A DNA stretch of 64,000 bases, taken from positions 28,814 through 92,813 of the forward strand of contig JADLGB010000037.1 of NCBI GenBank assembly GCA_020849535.1, given 5' to 3'. The notes beneath the pieces were generated by a model that was not told where the DNA came from, ran no database searches, and saw only the letters and a program-made list of their open reading frames with translations. A program made the position numbers and the translations under genes. The DNA comes from Candidatus Hydrogenedentota bacterium. GTDB lineage: Bacteria; Hydrogenedentota; Hydrogenedentia; Hydrogenedentales; SLHB01. Within the stretch, counting starts at the first letter, position 1. Each line of letters opens with the position of its first letter. Below, one piece after another: positions 17,575-27,557 of this stretch.

Positions 17575-19263
17575 ATGGACGGGTTTAGTATCGGCGGCAT
17601 GGCGTTCCTGGGGATCTTCGTGTTGGCGGGCGTGGTGGCGCTCAGTTTTCTACTGCTCCTTGCCAACCGCTACAAACGATGCCCGAGCAACCGGGTGCTG
17701 GTGATTTTCGGTAAGGTGCGCACGGGCGACACCGCCAAGTGCGTGCATGGCGGGGCGGCCTTCGTCTGGCCGCTGCTGCAGGACCACGCGTATCTCAGTC
17801 TCGAGCCCATTCAGATCGAGATTCCGCTGAAGGACGCGTTGTCGGTGGAAAACATCCGGGTGAATGTACCGAGCGTGTTCACGGTGGCCATCGGCACGCA
17901 GCGCGAGTTCATGCAGAACGCGGCGATTCGCTTGCTGGGACTCAACACGGTGCAGGTTAAAAAGCAGGCGGAAGACATCATCCTGGGGCAGTTGCGCCAA
18001 GTGATCGCGTCGATGAGCATTCAGGAGATCAACCGCGACCGTGAGAAGTTCCTGCACAACATCCAGAATTCGCTGGAACAGGAGCTGCGAAAGATCGGGT
18101 TGGTCCTCATCAACGTGAACATCACGGACATTACCGACGAGTCCGGATACATCGAGGCTATCGGGCAGAAGGCGGCGTCGCAGGCCGTGCAACAGGCGCG
18201 CGGCGACGTGGCCGAAGAAGTGAAGCTGGGCGAAGTGCGCGTGGCCCAGGCCGAGCGCGACAAGGAAGTCCAAGTGGCCGATGCGACCAAGCAGCGAAAC
18301 ATCGGTATCCGCGAGGCGCAACGCGACCAGGCGGTGAAGCTGGCGGACCTGACCCGTGAGCAGCAGGTCGGAGAACAGTCCGCCGCGTTCGGACGTGAAG
18401 TGCAGGTGAAGAACGCGGAGCGCGAGAAGCGCACCTCGGTGGCCGAGGCGGAAGCGCTGGCCGTGCGCGGCGAAAAGGAAGCGGAGCGCACACGCCGCGT
18501 CGCAGTGGCCGAGGCGGAAGCCCAGGCGGTGACGGGCGAGAACCTGTCGCAGGCGAAAATCGCGGCGTCGGAGGCGGAACTGCAGGTGAGGCGCGCGGAA
18601 GCCTTCCAGATCGGCGAGACGAAGAAGCGCGAGGCGGAAGCGGCGGTCTTGGAGGCGCAGAACCGCGCCATGGCCAAGGCGGCACTCGCCCAGGCGGAGC
18701 TGGTGGAGGCGCAGCGGCGTGCCGAACTCGAAGCGCCGGCCAAAGCACAGAAGGCCCAGGTGATTGTGGAAGCCGAGGCGGAAGCCGAGAAGCGGCGCAT
18801 CGAGGCGATCGGCGAGGCGTCGGCCATCTTCGCCAAGTTGGACGCGGAGGCGCGTGGACAGTACGAGATTCTCGCAAAGAAAGGCGAGGGTCTCAAGCGC
18901 ATCGTCGAATCATGCGGCGGCGCGAACGAGGCCTTCCAGATGCTGATGCTCGAACACCTCGACAACTTGGCGAACTCCGCCGCGAAAGCTATCTCCAACA
19001 TCAAGTTCGACAAAGTCATCGTGTGGGAAGGCGGCAACGCCAACGGGAGCAGCAGCACCGCGAACTTCATCCAAGGGATGGCGCGCACCCTCCCCCCCAT
19101 GCTCCAGGTAATGCGCGACATCGGCGGCGTGGAACTGCCTGAATCGCTCATCAAACTCTCGTCCGAAGCCACCGACGGGAGCGGACAACCCAGCATGGGA
19201 AGCTCGCCATCTGCGGGCGCGAAGTCCCCGGAGGCCAGACCGGGCGAAAGGCCCAAGGCCTAG
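17575..19263 (+). CDS. Flotillin / SPFH-domain protein (YqiK-like)
   Basis: N-terminal TM helix, SPFH region, then a long Ala/Glu-rich coiled coil (EAEA repeats). Confidence 0.8.
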   Translation: MDGFSIGGMAFLGIFVLAGVVALSFLLLLANRYKRCPSNRVLVIFGKVRTGDTAKCVHGGAAFVWPLLQDHAYLSLEPIQIEIPLKDALSVENIRVNVPSVFTVAIGTQREFMQNAAIRLLGLNTVQVKKQAEDIILGQLRQVIASMSIQEINRDREKFLHNIQNSLEQELRKIGLVLINVNITDITDESGYIEAIGQKAASQAVQQARGDVAEEVKLGEVRVAQAERDKEVQVADATKQRNIGIREAQRDQAVKLADLTREQQVGEQSAAFGREVQVKNAEREKRTSVAEAEALAVRGEKEAERTRRVAVAEAEAQAVTGENLSQAKIAASEAELQVRRAEAFQIGETKKREAEAAVLEAQNRAMAKAALAQAELVEAQRRAELEAPAKAQKAQVIVEAEAEAEKRRIEAIGEASAIFAKLDAEARGQYEILAKKGEGLKRIVESCGGANEAFQMLMLEHLDNLANSAAKAISNIKFDKVIVWEGGNANGSSSTANFIQGMARTLPPMLQVMRDIGGVELPESLIKLSSEATDGSGQPSMGSSPSAGAKSPEARPGERPKA

Positions 19264-19377
19264 TGGCTGACGTACCAAGCGCTCAGAAATATCGCCTGAA
19301 TGCAGGGCGACAAATAACGTCCGCAGGAATTTGACAACACACCCGTTGCTTGCTAGAATCATCGAATAACGATCTGA

Positions 19378-19454
<77 letters not shown>

Positions 19455-19463
19455 TTGCAAATC

Positions 19464-19494
19464 AAGGACTTACGGCAACGTAAGTCCTTTTTTT
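19464..19494 (+). terminator. Rho-independent terminator after the tRNA
   Basis: AAGGACTTACG-GCAA-CGTAAGTCCTT hairpin followed by a T7 run. Confidence 0.6.
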
Positions 19495-19615
19495 GTGCCC
19501 GAAAACGGCCCGGTGTTACTTAATTTGTTACTTGTGAAATCCGCCGGACCCGCCCGCCGCTCAAGGAGAGGACCCGCCACACAGACCTGGGCTCCAACAA
19601 GAAGGAATCTGTGTC

Positions 19616-20815
19616 ATGGCTTCTCTCTGGAAACGCGGCAAGATGTACTATGCCCGCTACTACGTGGCGGGCCAGCAGCGCGCGGTCTGTCTGCACACCA
19701 CGTCGCACCAAACCGCCAAGGAAAAACTCAACCGCTTCGAAGTCCGGCTCTCGGAGCGCGGCGAAGACGCGCTCCCGACCAAGACTCCTGTCGTGAAGGT
19801 GCTGGAGGCGTACATCGCCCACATCCAGGTCGCAAAGACGAAGGCCGGCGTCCGGAGCGACCTGTACTACCTGCGCGACATCTTCGGGCCCGTCTGCAAG
19901 GAACTTGAGGTGAAGCAAAAGGACGCGCGCGCCCGGGCACATCGCGCCTACCTTCCCGCCAAATACCTGGAGCAAATCCGCACCCAGGATATCGTGGCGT
20001 TCGTGACGGCTCGCGTCCAGCAGCGAAACCTCTCAGCGAAAACGGCGAACCAGTACCGCTGCGTGCTTTCCCGGGTCTTCAGTTGGTCGATGTCGCAATT
20101 CGGGGTGCGCATCCCCGGTGATGCCAATCCCGCAAGAAAGGTGGAGCGCTACCGGGAGCCCGCGAGGACCATTCGCTTCTTGAACGTCGCCCAAATTGCC
20201 AAACAACTCGATGCCCTTGCGGAGGATCGTCTGGTTCAGTCCCTGGTTGCCGCATACATCTACGCGGGTCTTCGCCGGGAGGAAGCGCTGTGGCTTACCC
20301 GCCATGACCTCGACTTCCAGAAGGGGAAATACGGGGTCATCCTGGTCCAGGCCAAGACCATCGACGGGGAATTCTGGGAACCCAAGACGAAGGTGAACCG
20401 GGCCGTGCCCATCTCCCGCGCCTTGCGCGGGTATCTGGACAAATACCAGCCATCAATCGTTCCTGCCGGCTGGTATTTTCCTACACCCAACGGTACGCGA
20501 TGGGATCCCGACAACTTCTCCCAACGGCTCAAGGAACTGAATCTGAAGGCGGGTCTTTCGTGGAGTTGCCAGGATTACCGGCACACCTTCGGGTCGTTGC
20601 TGGCGAGCAAGGGCGAAAGCCTATACAAGATCGCGACGCTCATGGGGAATTCGCCGGAGATCTGCCGGCGCCACTATGCGGCGCTGATGCCGGAGTCCTT
20701 AATCGACTCCGTCGAATTTGAAGCGCCCCGCCCGCAGGAAACACCCCCGCCCGGCAACCGGCCGAGGTTGTACATCCTTCCGCATCCCGCAGACGAGCAA
20801 GCGCAACGCGCGTAA
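19616..20815 (+). CDS. Tyrosine-type site-specific integrase
   Basis: 399 aa. N-terminal SAM-like core-binding region. Catalytic residues in YAGLRREEAL (Arg), DYRHTFGSLL (His-x-x-Arg) and CRRHYAAL (Tyr). Confidence 0.85.
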   Translation: MASLWKRGKMYYARYYVAGQQRAVCLHTTSHQTAKEKLNRFEVRLSERGEDALPTKTPVVKVLEAYIAHIQVAKTKAGVRSDLYYLRDIFGPVCKELEVKQKDARARAHRAYLPAKYLEQIRTQDIVAFVTARVQQRNLSAKTANQYRCVLSRVFSWSMSQFGVRIPGDANPARKVERYREPARTIRFLNVAQIAKQLDALAEDRLVQSLVAAYIYAGLRREEALWLTRHDLDFQKGKYGVILVQAKTIDGEFWEPKTKVNRAVPISRALRGYLDKYQPSIVPAGWYFPTPNGTRWDPDNFSQRLKELNLKAGLSWSCQDYRHTFGSLLASKGESLYKIATLMGNSPEICRRHYAALMPESLIDSVEFEAPRPQETPPPGNRPRLYILPHPADEQAQRA

Positions 20816-20886
20816 ACGCGCAGAACAAAAATGCCGCGAGCGCGCGGCGCCCACAAAGAGGGGGCCGCGCGCTCGCCGATATCCCA

Positions 20887-21129
20887 TCAGTCGTCCTGGC
20901 CTACCAACCGCGAGGTTTCCAACTGCTCCACCTCGTCACGCAGAAAACGAACGATCCCGTGTCGGCCCTCGCCCAAGAGAAGTCGGGTCAGACCTTCGCG
21001 CCGCGCGATTCGATCCACCGTCGACCGCGAACAGCGCCACCGCTGCACGAGATCGCGCGGAGAAAAGTACCGGGACTCGTGCCTCGGCTGGGGCTGAGTG
21101 TAGGATTTCGATTTGCCACTTCCACCCAT
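20887..21129 (-). CDS. Excisionase/AlpA-like helix-turn-helix protein
   Basis: 80 aa. YFSPRDLVQRWRCSRSTVDRIARREGL...VRFLRDEVEQL resembles the MerR-superfamily HTH_17 excisionase pattern. Adjacent to the integrase. Confidence 0.6.
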   Translation of the reverse strand: MGGSGKSKSYTQPQPRHESRYFSPRDLVQRWRCSRSTVDRIARREGLTRLLLGEGRHGIVRFLRDEVEQLETSRLVGQDD

Positions 21130-21164
21130 GGTGTACTCCTCCAGGACGAGTTCCTACCGCGCCA

Positions 21165-21557
21165 TCAGAAGGGTAAATCGACGTCGTCCTTGAGACAAGG
21201 AGGAGACACGTCGACGACATTGGCGTGGATTAACCCTTTGGCATCGGTCTTGTGGACTACGACGATGCGGCACCGCTTACTGAGCAGGTCCTCAACGGTG
21301 ATCTCCTCACCTACGGCTGGCATGTGGCCCAGTATGGCGGAAACCCAGCGGCCCAATTTGGTGCCTTCGCTGAGTTTCACGCTGGCGAGCCCCGACACCC
21401 TCTGGCCGTCGAACTCGTTGTCCGTGGACAACGTGAACTCGACGCGAACCATCGGGCCATGCTGGCCGTCTTGATCGCGCACTCCCGAAACCTCCGCATC
21501 GTACACGCCTTCGGCGATAGCCGTGATGGCCTCTTCAACGGTTGCTTTCCATTCCAT
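21165..21557 (-). CDS. Small acidic-tailed protein, possible ssDNA-binding protein
   Basis: GGAGGA RBS 7 nt before ATG at 21557. Protein ends ...KDDVDLPF, mimicking the bacterial SSB C-terminal DDDIPF tip. The fold assignment is inference only. Confidence 0.4.
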   Translation of the reverse strand: MEWKATVEEAITAIAEGVYDAEVSGVRDQDGQHGPMVRVEFTLSTDNEFDGQRVSGLASVKLSEGTKLGRWVSAILGHMPAVGEEITVEDLLSKRCRIVVVHKTDAKGLIHANVVDVSPPCLKDDVDLPF

Positions 21558-21846
21558 TTCCTTTTCCTCCATGGTGGTTCGATTCCTCATCTATCTACCC
21601 TTGGTGCGGCAGGAGTTAGGCGCTCATTTCATTTCCTGTCCATGCTTTGGCGGGATTGCTCAGTGATTCCATTGACGACCAAGTCCGCTGGAACACTTCA
21701 GGTGGGTGCGGCGCGGAAGATGCAAGCGTATGGCAGGCAACTCGCTGGAACCGTCTTGGAAGTCTACAAAGTCTACTGAGGGCCGCGTTCTGCACTGCAG
21801 TCGTGGATACGTGTCTCGACAGAAAGCATTGAAGTCGTTTCCATGT

Positions 21847-23451
21847 CTACGCCGTGTCTGTCGAATCCGTCTTGCTGGCCGTTGCGGAACCCGGCCCTAT
21901 CGGCGCGAGTGTGTACCGTGCCGAACTACGAACGGCGGAGCGCTCCAGCTTGACTTGGAACTTGCCGAATACCCGACCTAGATTCCGGTTGAGTGCACGT
22001 CCAAGTCTGCTCACTTGCGACCGCCGGCCGCCAAAGCCGACGATCTCTGCCAACAACTCACCGTTCAGACACGGTTCAAGAAGGTCCGACGCCTTAACAG
22101 GGGCTCTCCCGAACCGTTCCCACCAGAGGCTTGCCAAGGCGCGCCACTCCTCGGTCTCCACATCCGCTTCGGTGCATGTACTTATCGCGTTCTCCAAGAA
22201 CGCAGGGATCCCTGCAACATCCAATATTCCGCCCAGGACAGAGGACCAATATTCGAATGACCCGAGAGGCGCGCCGTGCCACCGGGGGCTTCCTTCCTCA
22301 ATCCACGTGCGCACTAAGCTCATGCAGGCCTGCACCAGACGCCGGCGATGCTCGCGCGCCCAAGACAGCAGGTCGCCGTGCACGAAATCCTTGCGTAGCC
22401 ACGGCCGTTCTGTTTTCGGGTCGATACGGATCCAGATGCTGCGGCGGCTCAATTCCGTGCTGCAACGAAGGTTATTGGCAGTCAAGATCCACACGGCCTG
22501 GTTTTGGAGGACTGCCATCTGGTTGCCTCCCAGGAGACGATCGGTGGGGCGTGTGGTCGTCAGGAAGGCGGCAAGGGTCGCATCATCGAGTGTACGATCT
22601 TGGGGAACGTTATCCAGAAGGATGATTGGGCTCGCCGCCGTCCCTGCCAGCAACAGGGACGTCAGCTTCTTCGCATTCTCGCTGTAGCTTGCACCCATCG
22701 TGGTGGGCTTGCATGGCTCCCCGGTGGCGATAACCGAAACGAGGTCCGCCAGTCGTCCTTTCCCGCTGCCCGGAGATGCCGACTCAATAACATGGAGCGG
22801 TGTACTCCCGGCCCCGATGGCCCTGCGAATGAAGGGCAGTACCATCAGCGCTATGGCGTGTGCCCGCCCCGCATCGTCTGCAAAGGGGAAATCGCAGACC
22901 GATTCTAGCAGGAGGCTGCGCGCCTCGGCGGGGTCAAGCCGCGGACAGGGATAACCGCCGAGTCCGTGCTGGTCATGAAAGTAAACACGGTGGTCCGGAT
23001 GATAACCGTGCATGGCAATCAGTTCGAAGTTCTTGCCGAACACGGGAACGGTAGTCACCGCCTCAAGCTCGGGGAAACTGATGTTCGAAGCTTCCAGAAG
23101 GGCATCCATGATCCGACTCGGGGGAATCGAGGGTGCCTCCCCGTTGCCAGTCCTTTTCCTCCAGTCAGCCATCTCGATGAGAATTTTAAGCAAGCGCTGT
23201 TTGTTTAGGGGAAGAAAGCAGGGGCCTTCGCAGCCCGAAGGCGTCATGAGGTGGACGAGGCGCCCGGCCCGGCTAAAAACCGCGGGCGGGTCGTTAGCTT
23301 CGTGGATGACCTTCACCATGTTCTGAAGAACGTGACGAGGCTGGTCGTCCGTGTAGACCACAGGACGCCCGCTTTCCTCATCGGAATCCGCCGTGTCCGG
23401 TTCCCCTCGATGGGGAAATAGCTGTACGATCGTGTCCCTGGTCATCCCCAC
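21847..23451 (-). CDS. SF3-helicase-like P-loop NTPase (phage/plasmid primase P4 C-terminal type)
   Basis: Walker A SASPGSGKGRLADL. Walker B-like PIILLDNV. ILTANN (motif C-like). SRRSIWIRI arginine region. Confidence 0.55.
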   Translation of the reverse strand: MGMTRDTIVQLFPHRGEPDTADSDEESGRPVVYTDDQPRHVLQNMVKVIHEANDPPAVFSRAGRLVHLMTPSGCEGPCFLPLNKQRLLKILIEMADWRKRTGNGEAPSIPPSRIMDALLEASNISFPELEAVTTVPVFGKNFELIAMHGYHPDHRVYFHDQHGLGGYPCPRLDPAEARSLLLESVCDFPFADDAGRAHAIALMVLPFIRRAIGAGSTPLHVIESASPGSGKGRLADLVSVIATGEPCKPTTMGASYSENAKKLTSLLLAGTAASPIILLDNVPQDRTLDDATLAAFLTTTRPTDRLLGGNQMAVLQNQAVWILTANNLRCSTELSRRSIWIRIDPKTERPWLRKDFVHGDLLSWAREHRRRLVQACMSLVRTWIEEGSPRWHGAPLGSFEYWSSVLGGILDVAGIPAFLENAISTCTEADVETEEWRALASLWWERFGRAPVKASDLLEPCLNGELLAEIVGFGGRRSQVSRLGRALNRNLGRVFGKFQVKLERSAVRSSARYTLAPIGPGSATASKTDSTDTA

Positions 23452-23476
23452 GGGTCATTGAGCCCTTTCAACATGG

Positions 23477-24202
23477 TTACGTTGACCGAATACAGGTGAA
23501 GCCAAAACCACGGACAACGCAGTTTTCCACGAGGCTTCCAAGGCGTTGCCGCACTGCCTCAATCCAGGGTGGAGTACGGTCTGCTGGGACCGAACCGGGG
23601 CTGTCGGATGATCGGCCCGCTTGCGGCCTCCGGTAGCGCTGCAGAACATACGTCCGGGCGCATCGGATGCGATTTCCCATTGTTAGAAGGTCTTCAGGGG
23701 TGAGTTGAGGAATGACAGTGGTGCGAAACTCGTGATCCACGCTTCCTTCCATGAGGAGCGCAATGCTCTCATCAATGGCGCCCTGGTCAACCGAAACACC
23801 ACAGATTTCGTCGTACTTCTCTGCCGGGGCCTTGATGTCCATGCCCACGTAGTCGAGCACCCCCGCATCGATAAGCGACGCCAGCACGTCGGGCTGCGTT
23901 CCGTTGGTATCCAGCTTTACGAGATACCCTAGCGCGCGGACCTCGGCCATGAACTCTGCAATGCCCCGTTGAATCGTGGGCTCACCACCACTGACAACCA
24001 CGGCATCGAGCAATCCACGCCGACCGCCGAGCCAGGAAAGGACTTCCTCCTGTGTTCTGCCACTCGCTTCACTGTCGGCGTCCCGGAGTACCGGGTTGTG
24101 ACAATAGGAGCACCGAAGGTTGCAGCCAGGGGTGAAGACAACTGCCGCAATCATCCCCGGGTAATCGACCAATGACGACTTCACCACCCCGGCAATCCGC
24201 AT
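23477..24202 (-). CDS. nrdG: Anaerobic ribonucleoside-triphosphate reductase activating protein (radical SAM)
   Basis: GCNLRCSYCHNP (CxxxCxxC) and VVVSGGEPT. Start chosen at MRIAGVV (24202), 4 nt after the nrdD stop. Track ORF extends to 24277. Confidence 0.8.
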   Translation of the reverse strand: MRIAGVVKSSLVDYPGMIAAVVFTPGCNLRCSYCHNPVLRDADSEASGRTQEEVLSWLGGRRGLLDAVVVSGGEPTIQRGIAEFMAEVRALGYLVKLDTNGTQPDVLASLIDAGVLDYVGMDIKAPAEKYDEICGVSVDQGAIDESIALLMEGSVDHEFRTTVIPQLTPEDLLTMGNRIRCARTYVLQRYRRPQAGRSSDSPGSVPADRTPPWIEAVRQRLGSLVENCVVRGFGFTCIRST

Positions 24203-24206
24203 GTCT

Positions 24207-26309
24207 CTATCGTTGCCTTCCGAATGATTCGGGAATCCGGAACACTGTCCGTTCCCGGAACTCTTGCTTCTTGCCATCGTTGTAGTCCGTCACCGGGCGG
24301 AGATAGCCCGTCACACGCGACCACACTTCCGTCTCGGCGCCGCAGCTGGGGCAGACGGAGTGCTCACCGCAGATATAGCCGTGGGTTGTGCACGTGCTGA
24401 ATGTCGGTGTAATGGACAGATACGGCAACTTGTACCGGCTGAAAATCCTGCGGATGAGGTGCTTGGCGGTACTCGTGTCGTCTATGCTCTCACCAAGAAA
24501 CAGGTGAAGCACCGTGCCGCCCGTGTAGAGCGACTGTAATTCGTCCTGCAGGTGGAGCACCTCGAAAATGTCGTCCGAGTATCCGACCGGAAGATGGCTC
24601 GAATTCGTGTAGTACGGCGCGGCATTGCCGGCGGTCTTGATGTCTGGGTATCTGGCCTTGTCGAGCATGGCCAGACGGTACGCCGCGCTCTCCGCCGGCG
24701 TCGCCTCGAGGTTGTATGGATGACCCGTTCGGGCCTGGACAGCAAGCAGACACTCGCGCATGTGCTGTAGGGTCTGAACGGCGAACCGCTGGCCCGCCTG
24801 GGCGGTTAGATTCTGCCCCACGAAATTCCACGCGGCCTCATTCATGCCAACGACGCCGATGGTACTGAAATGGTTGGCCCAATACTCGCCTCTTTGTTGC
24901 TTCGTTCCGCGGAGGTAGTGGGCCGAATAGGGGTAAAGCCCGTTCCCGGTCTGCTTCTCGATGACTTTGCGCTTGATCTCCAGGGAGGTTACGCCTATCT
25001 CCACCATTTGCTTCAACCGCGCTTTGAATTCCTTCGGCGTCTTGGATAGATAGCCGATGCGAGGCAGGTTGATGGTATAGACCCCAATCGAGCCCGTAAG
25101 CGGATTGCTTGCGAATAGCCCGCCGCCGCGGAATTCCAATTGGGTGAGGTCAATGCGTTTTCGGCAACACATGGCCACAACATCGTCCGGGGAGAGGTCG
25201 GAGTTGATGAAGTTGGCGAAGTATGGGCTGCCGTATTTGCAGGCGAGTCGCATGAACGCCTCAACGGAAGGCGAGTCCCAGTCCATATCGCCGGTCACGT
25301 TGATCGTAGGAACCGGGAACGTGAAGGCGCGCTCGGCTGCGTCTCCTTCAGTCATCACCTCGCAGAAAGCGCGGTTGAACAGGTCCATCTCGTTCTGGAA
25401 CTCACCGTAGGTCTCGGGGATGGCTTGTCCGCCGATCACCGCCGGTTGGTCTTTCAACTTCCCCGGCACGGTCAAGTCAAAGGTGAGGTTGGAAAAGGGA
25501 CACTGGAAACCTACCCGCGTGGGGACGTTCAGATTGAAGATGAATTCCTGGACGGCTTGTTTGACTTGGGCATAGTTCAGGCCGTCATGGCGAATAAAGG
25601 GCGCGCAGTAAGTGTCGATGCTGCTCCAGGCCTGGGCGCCGGCGGTCTCACCCTGGGTGGTGAAAGTGGAATTGACGACGTGACCCAAAAAGGACCGAAG
25701 GTGTTTGGCCGGCCGGCAGGCGACCTTGCCGCTGACTCCGCCGAATCCTTCCGTTAGAAGGGAATACAAGTTCCAGCCGGCGCAGTACGGGCCGAGGAAC
25801 CCCAGATCATGAATGTGTGCTGCGCCACCCTCGTGCGCTTCGCGAACCTCATCCGGATAGACCTCATGCAGCCAGTAGTTGCTGGTAAAGCACTCGCGGA
25901 CATAGTTGTTGAGGCCGTTGATGCTCTTCTGGATATTGGCGTTTTCCCGGACTCGCCAGTCTCGTTCCCCGAGGTAGTCGGAGAACATGTCGATTGTGGC
26001 GCCGATCAGGGCATCGTGATTTCGCGCCGCCGCCCGCTTCTGTCTGTACAGAATGTAGGCCTTTGCCGTGAGGGCATGCCTGTTCTCAATGAGTACGTTC
26101 TCTACAAGGTCCTGGATTTCCTCAACATGAGGGATGCTACTGGCGTACCTTTGCTTAGCCACGGCAACAACCTGCCGCGCCAAGGATTCCGCAAGTGTGG
26201 AATCGCCGCCGCCACACGCCACCGCAGCCTTGAAAATGGCGCGGGCAACTTTATCTACGTGAAACAGCTCGATTTGGTCACCGCGTTTTCGTATGTATTT
26301 GATCATCAC
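24207..26309 (-). CDS. nrdD: Class III (anaerobic) ribonucleoside-triphosphate reductase
   Basis: N-terminal ATP-cone (IRKRGDQIELFHVDKVARAI). MCCRKRIDL region. C-terminal Zn site CGEHSVCPSCG and glycyl-radical motif SRVTGYLRPV. Confidence 0.9.
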   Translation of the reverse strand: MMIKYIRKRGDQIELFHVDKVARAIFKAAVACGGGDSTLAESLARQVVAVAKQRYASSIPHVEEIQDLVENVLIENRHALTAKAYILYRQKRAAARNHDALIGATIDMFSDYLGERDWRVRENANIQKSINGLNNYVRECFTSNYWLHEVYPDEVREAHEGGAAHIHDLGFLGPYCAGWNLYSLLTEGFGGVSGKVACRPAKHLRSFLGHVVNSTFTTQGETAGAQAWSSIDTYCAPFIRHDGLNYAQVKQAVQEFIFNLNVPTRVGFQCPFSNLTFDLTVPGKLKDQPAVIGGQAIPETYGEFQNEMDLFNRAFCEVMTEGDAAERAFTFPVPTINVTGDMDWDSPSVEAFMRLACKYGSPYFANFINSDLSPDDVVAMCCRKRIDLTQLEFRGGGLFASNPLTGSIGVYTINLPRIGYLSKTPKEFKARLKQMVEIGVTSLEIKRKVIEKQTGNGLYPYSAHYLRGTKQQRGEYWANHFSTIGVVGMNEAAWNFVGQNLTAQAGQRFAVQTLQHMRECLLAVQARTGHPYNLEATPAESAAYRLAMLDKARYPDIKTAGNAAPYYTNSSHLPVGYSDDIFEVLHLQDELQSLYTGGTVLHLFLGESIDDTSTAKHLIRRIFSRYKLPYLSITPTFSTCTTHGYICGEHSVCPSCGAETEVWSRVTGYLRPVTDYNDGKKQEFRERTVFRIPESFGRQR

Positions 26310-26474
26310 ATGCTATCCTTGCTGCCGCAGGCGGTGATCGAAGCGGCACTGCTATTCCCGTGTGCCGCGATCGTGTACATGGCTATACGTAGTATTCCGG
26401 GTAATCTGCCATCGGATATTTCGCAACGGTCATTTCACATTTCGCCTTTTGCTTGTAAAATAGAATGCGGCGCC

Positions 26475-27557
26475 TCAAGACGGGCTCCGCTGCGCCTGTA
26501 AAGAAGTGTCATCGGGCAATGGGGCATTGCCGCGCCGCCGAAAAAGCGAGCAGGAATCATCACAATAGGGCGTCACTGCGGAGTCCTCGCAGGCACTGCC
26601 GTGGTAGTGTTTCAGAAACGCGGCGGCGGCCTGTGCCTTGATCTCGTTCTCCGTGATGACTCTCTTGCCATCCCGCGGGTGGTTCTTCGTTGCCCACTGC
26701 TGAAGGGCGGCCATGGTAATGTCTGGGGGCAATCCTATTCTTCGCAGTTGTACAGCGAGGCGGAAGCAGGACACGCGCTGATTTTCGGACACGCCTTCTT
26801 GGAGCATCCGTCTCGCGCAAGGCGGCAGCGCCCCGGGCAATGGTTGGAATACGCCCAACGACATCCCGCCACCAGAATGGAATTGTCCGCCCAGCGGGAT
26901 ATCGTTCACCTCAATGATCTCGTCGAGAAGCGCTTCGGTGACCAACGCAACGGATTCAAGGAAGTCCCACTGATTGGCGTAGGGGCGAAGAGATCCATCC
27001 ACCACGTTGAGGAATACGGTGCGTCCTTTCGGGACGAGCGCACCAAACAAAGGGGCATTGATAAAATTCCCAAAACTCGTCGAGCCTACGGGGATACTAT
27101 CCTGCTTCGGGAACACCTCGGTCGCGGGCAGCTGGATTTCTTCTAGGACACGGCGAAACACAGCCCGCGCCTTCATTGCGTTTACCCCGTCCCCTTCCAT
27201 AAACGTCCAGGCGTGGAATCCCCGGCGCTTACTTCTCTCCAGGTAGCACGGCAGACCGTAATGTGCGAGCGCAGCGATGAAATGCAAGGGCGGCTGCGCG
27301 TCATCATCATCGAAGTCTGCGACCATTGCGCGGGTAGTCTCGCCGGTGAGGAGATAGACGCCATAGGGCCGCTTACCCGTGAGGTGTGCCAAGATTACGT
27401 CGGCGGTGACCGGCCGCTTGATTTGCCATGCCCGGCCGCCTGAGGCCTGGGCATAACTGCCGTAGACGTGCTCTAGGCCGGAGAATCGCGTCCTGAACAA
27501 CCGGATCTTGTTCGCCGTGCTGCGTGGCTTGTTTCGTGACATCAAAGCATATCCCAT
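26475..27557 (-). CDS. Archaeo-eukaryotic primase superfamily PrimPol with PriCT-like C-terminal region
   Basis: Motif I MVADFDDDD, motif II SKRRGFHAWTF, helical C-terminal half. Overlaps the upstream gene by 16 nt. Confidence 0.7.
   Translation of the reverse strand: MGYALMSRNKPRSTANKIRLFRTRFSGLEHVYGSYAQASGGRAWQIKRPVTADVILAHLTGKRPYGVYLLTGETTRAMVADFDDDDAQPPLHFIAALAHYGLPCYLERSKRRGFHAWTFMEGDGVNAMKARAVFRRVLEEIQLPATEVFPKQDSIPVGSTSFGNFINAPLFGALVPKGRTVFLNVVDGSLRPYANQWDFLESVALVTEALLDEIIEVNDIPLGGQFHSGGGMSLGVFQPLPGALPPCARRMLQEGVSENQRVSCFRLAVQLRRIGLPPDITMAALQQWATKNHPRDGKRVITENEIKAQAAAAFLKHYHGSACEDSAVTPYCDDSCSLFRRRGNAPLPDDTSLQAQRSPS

Noticed and set aside
18021-19256. 411-aa minus-strand ORF (and 17650..18321, 18158..18877) opposite the flotillin gene
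   Set aside because: Ala/Ser/Arg-rich antisense reading of the EA-rich coiled-coil coding sequence.
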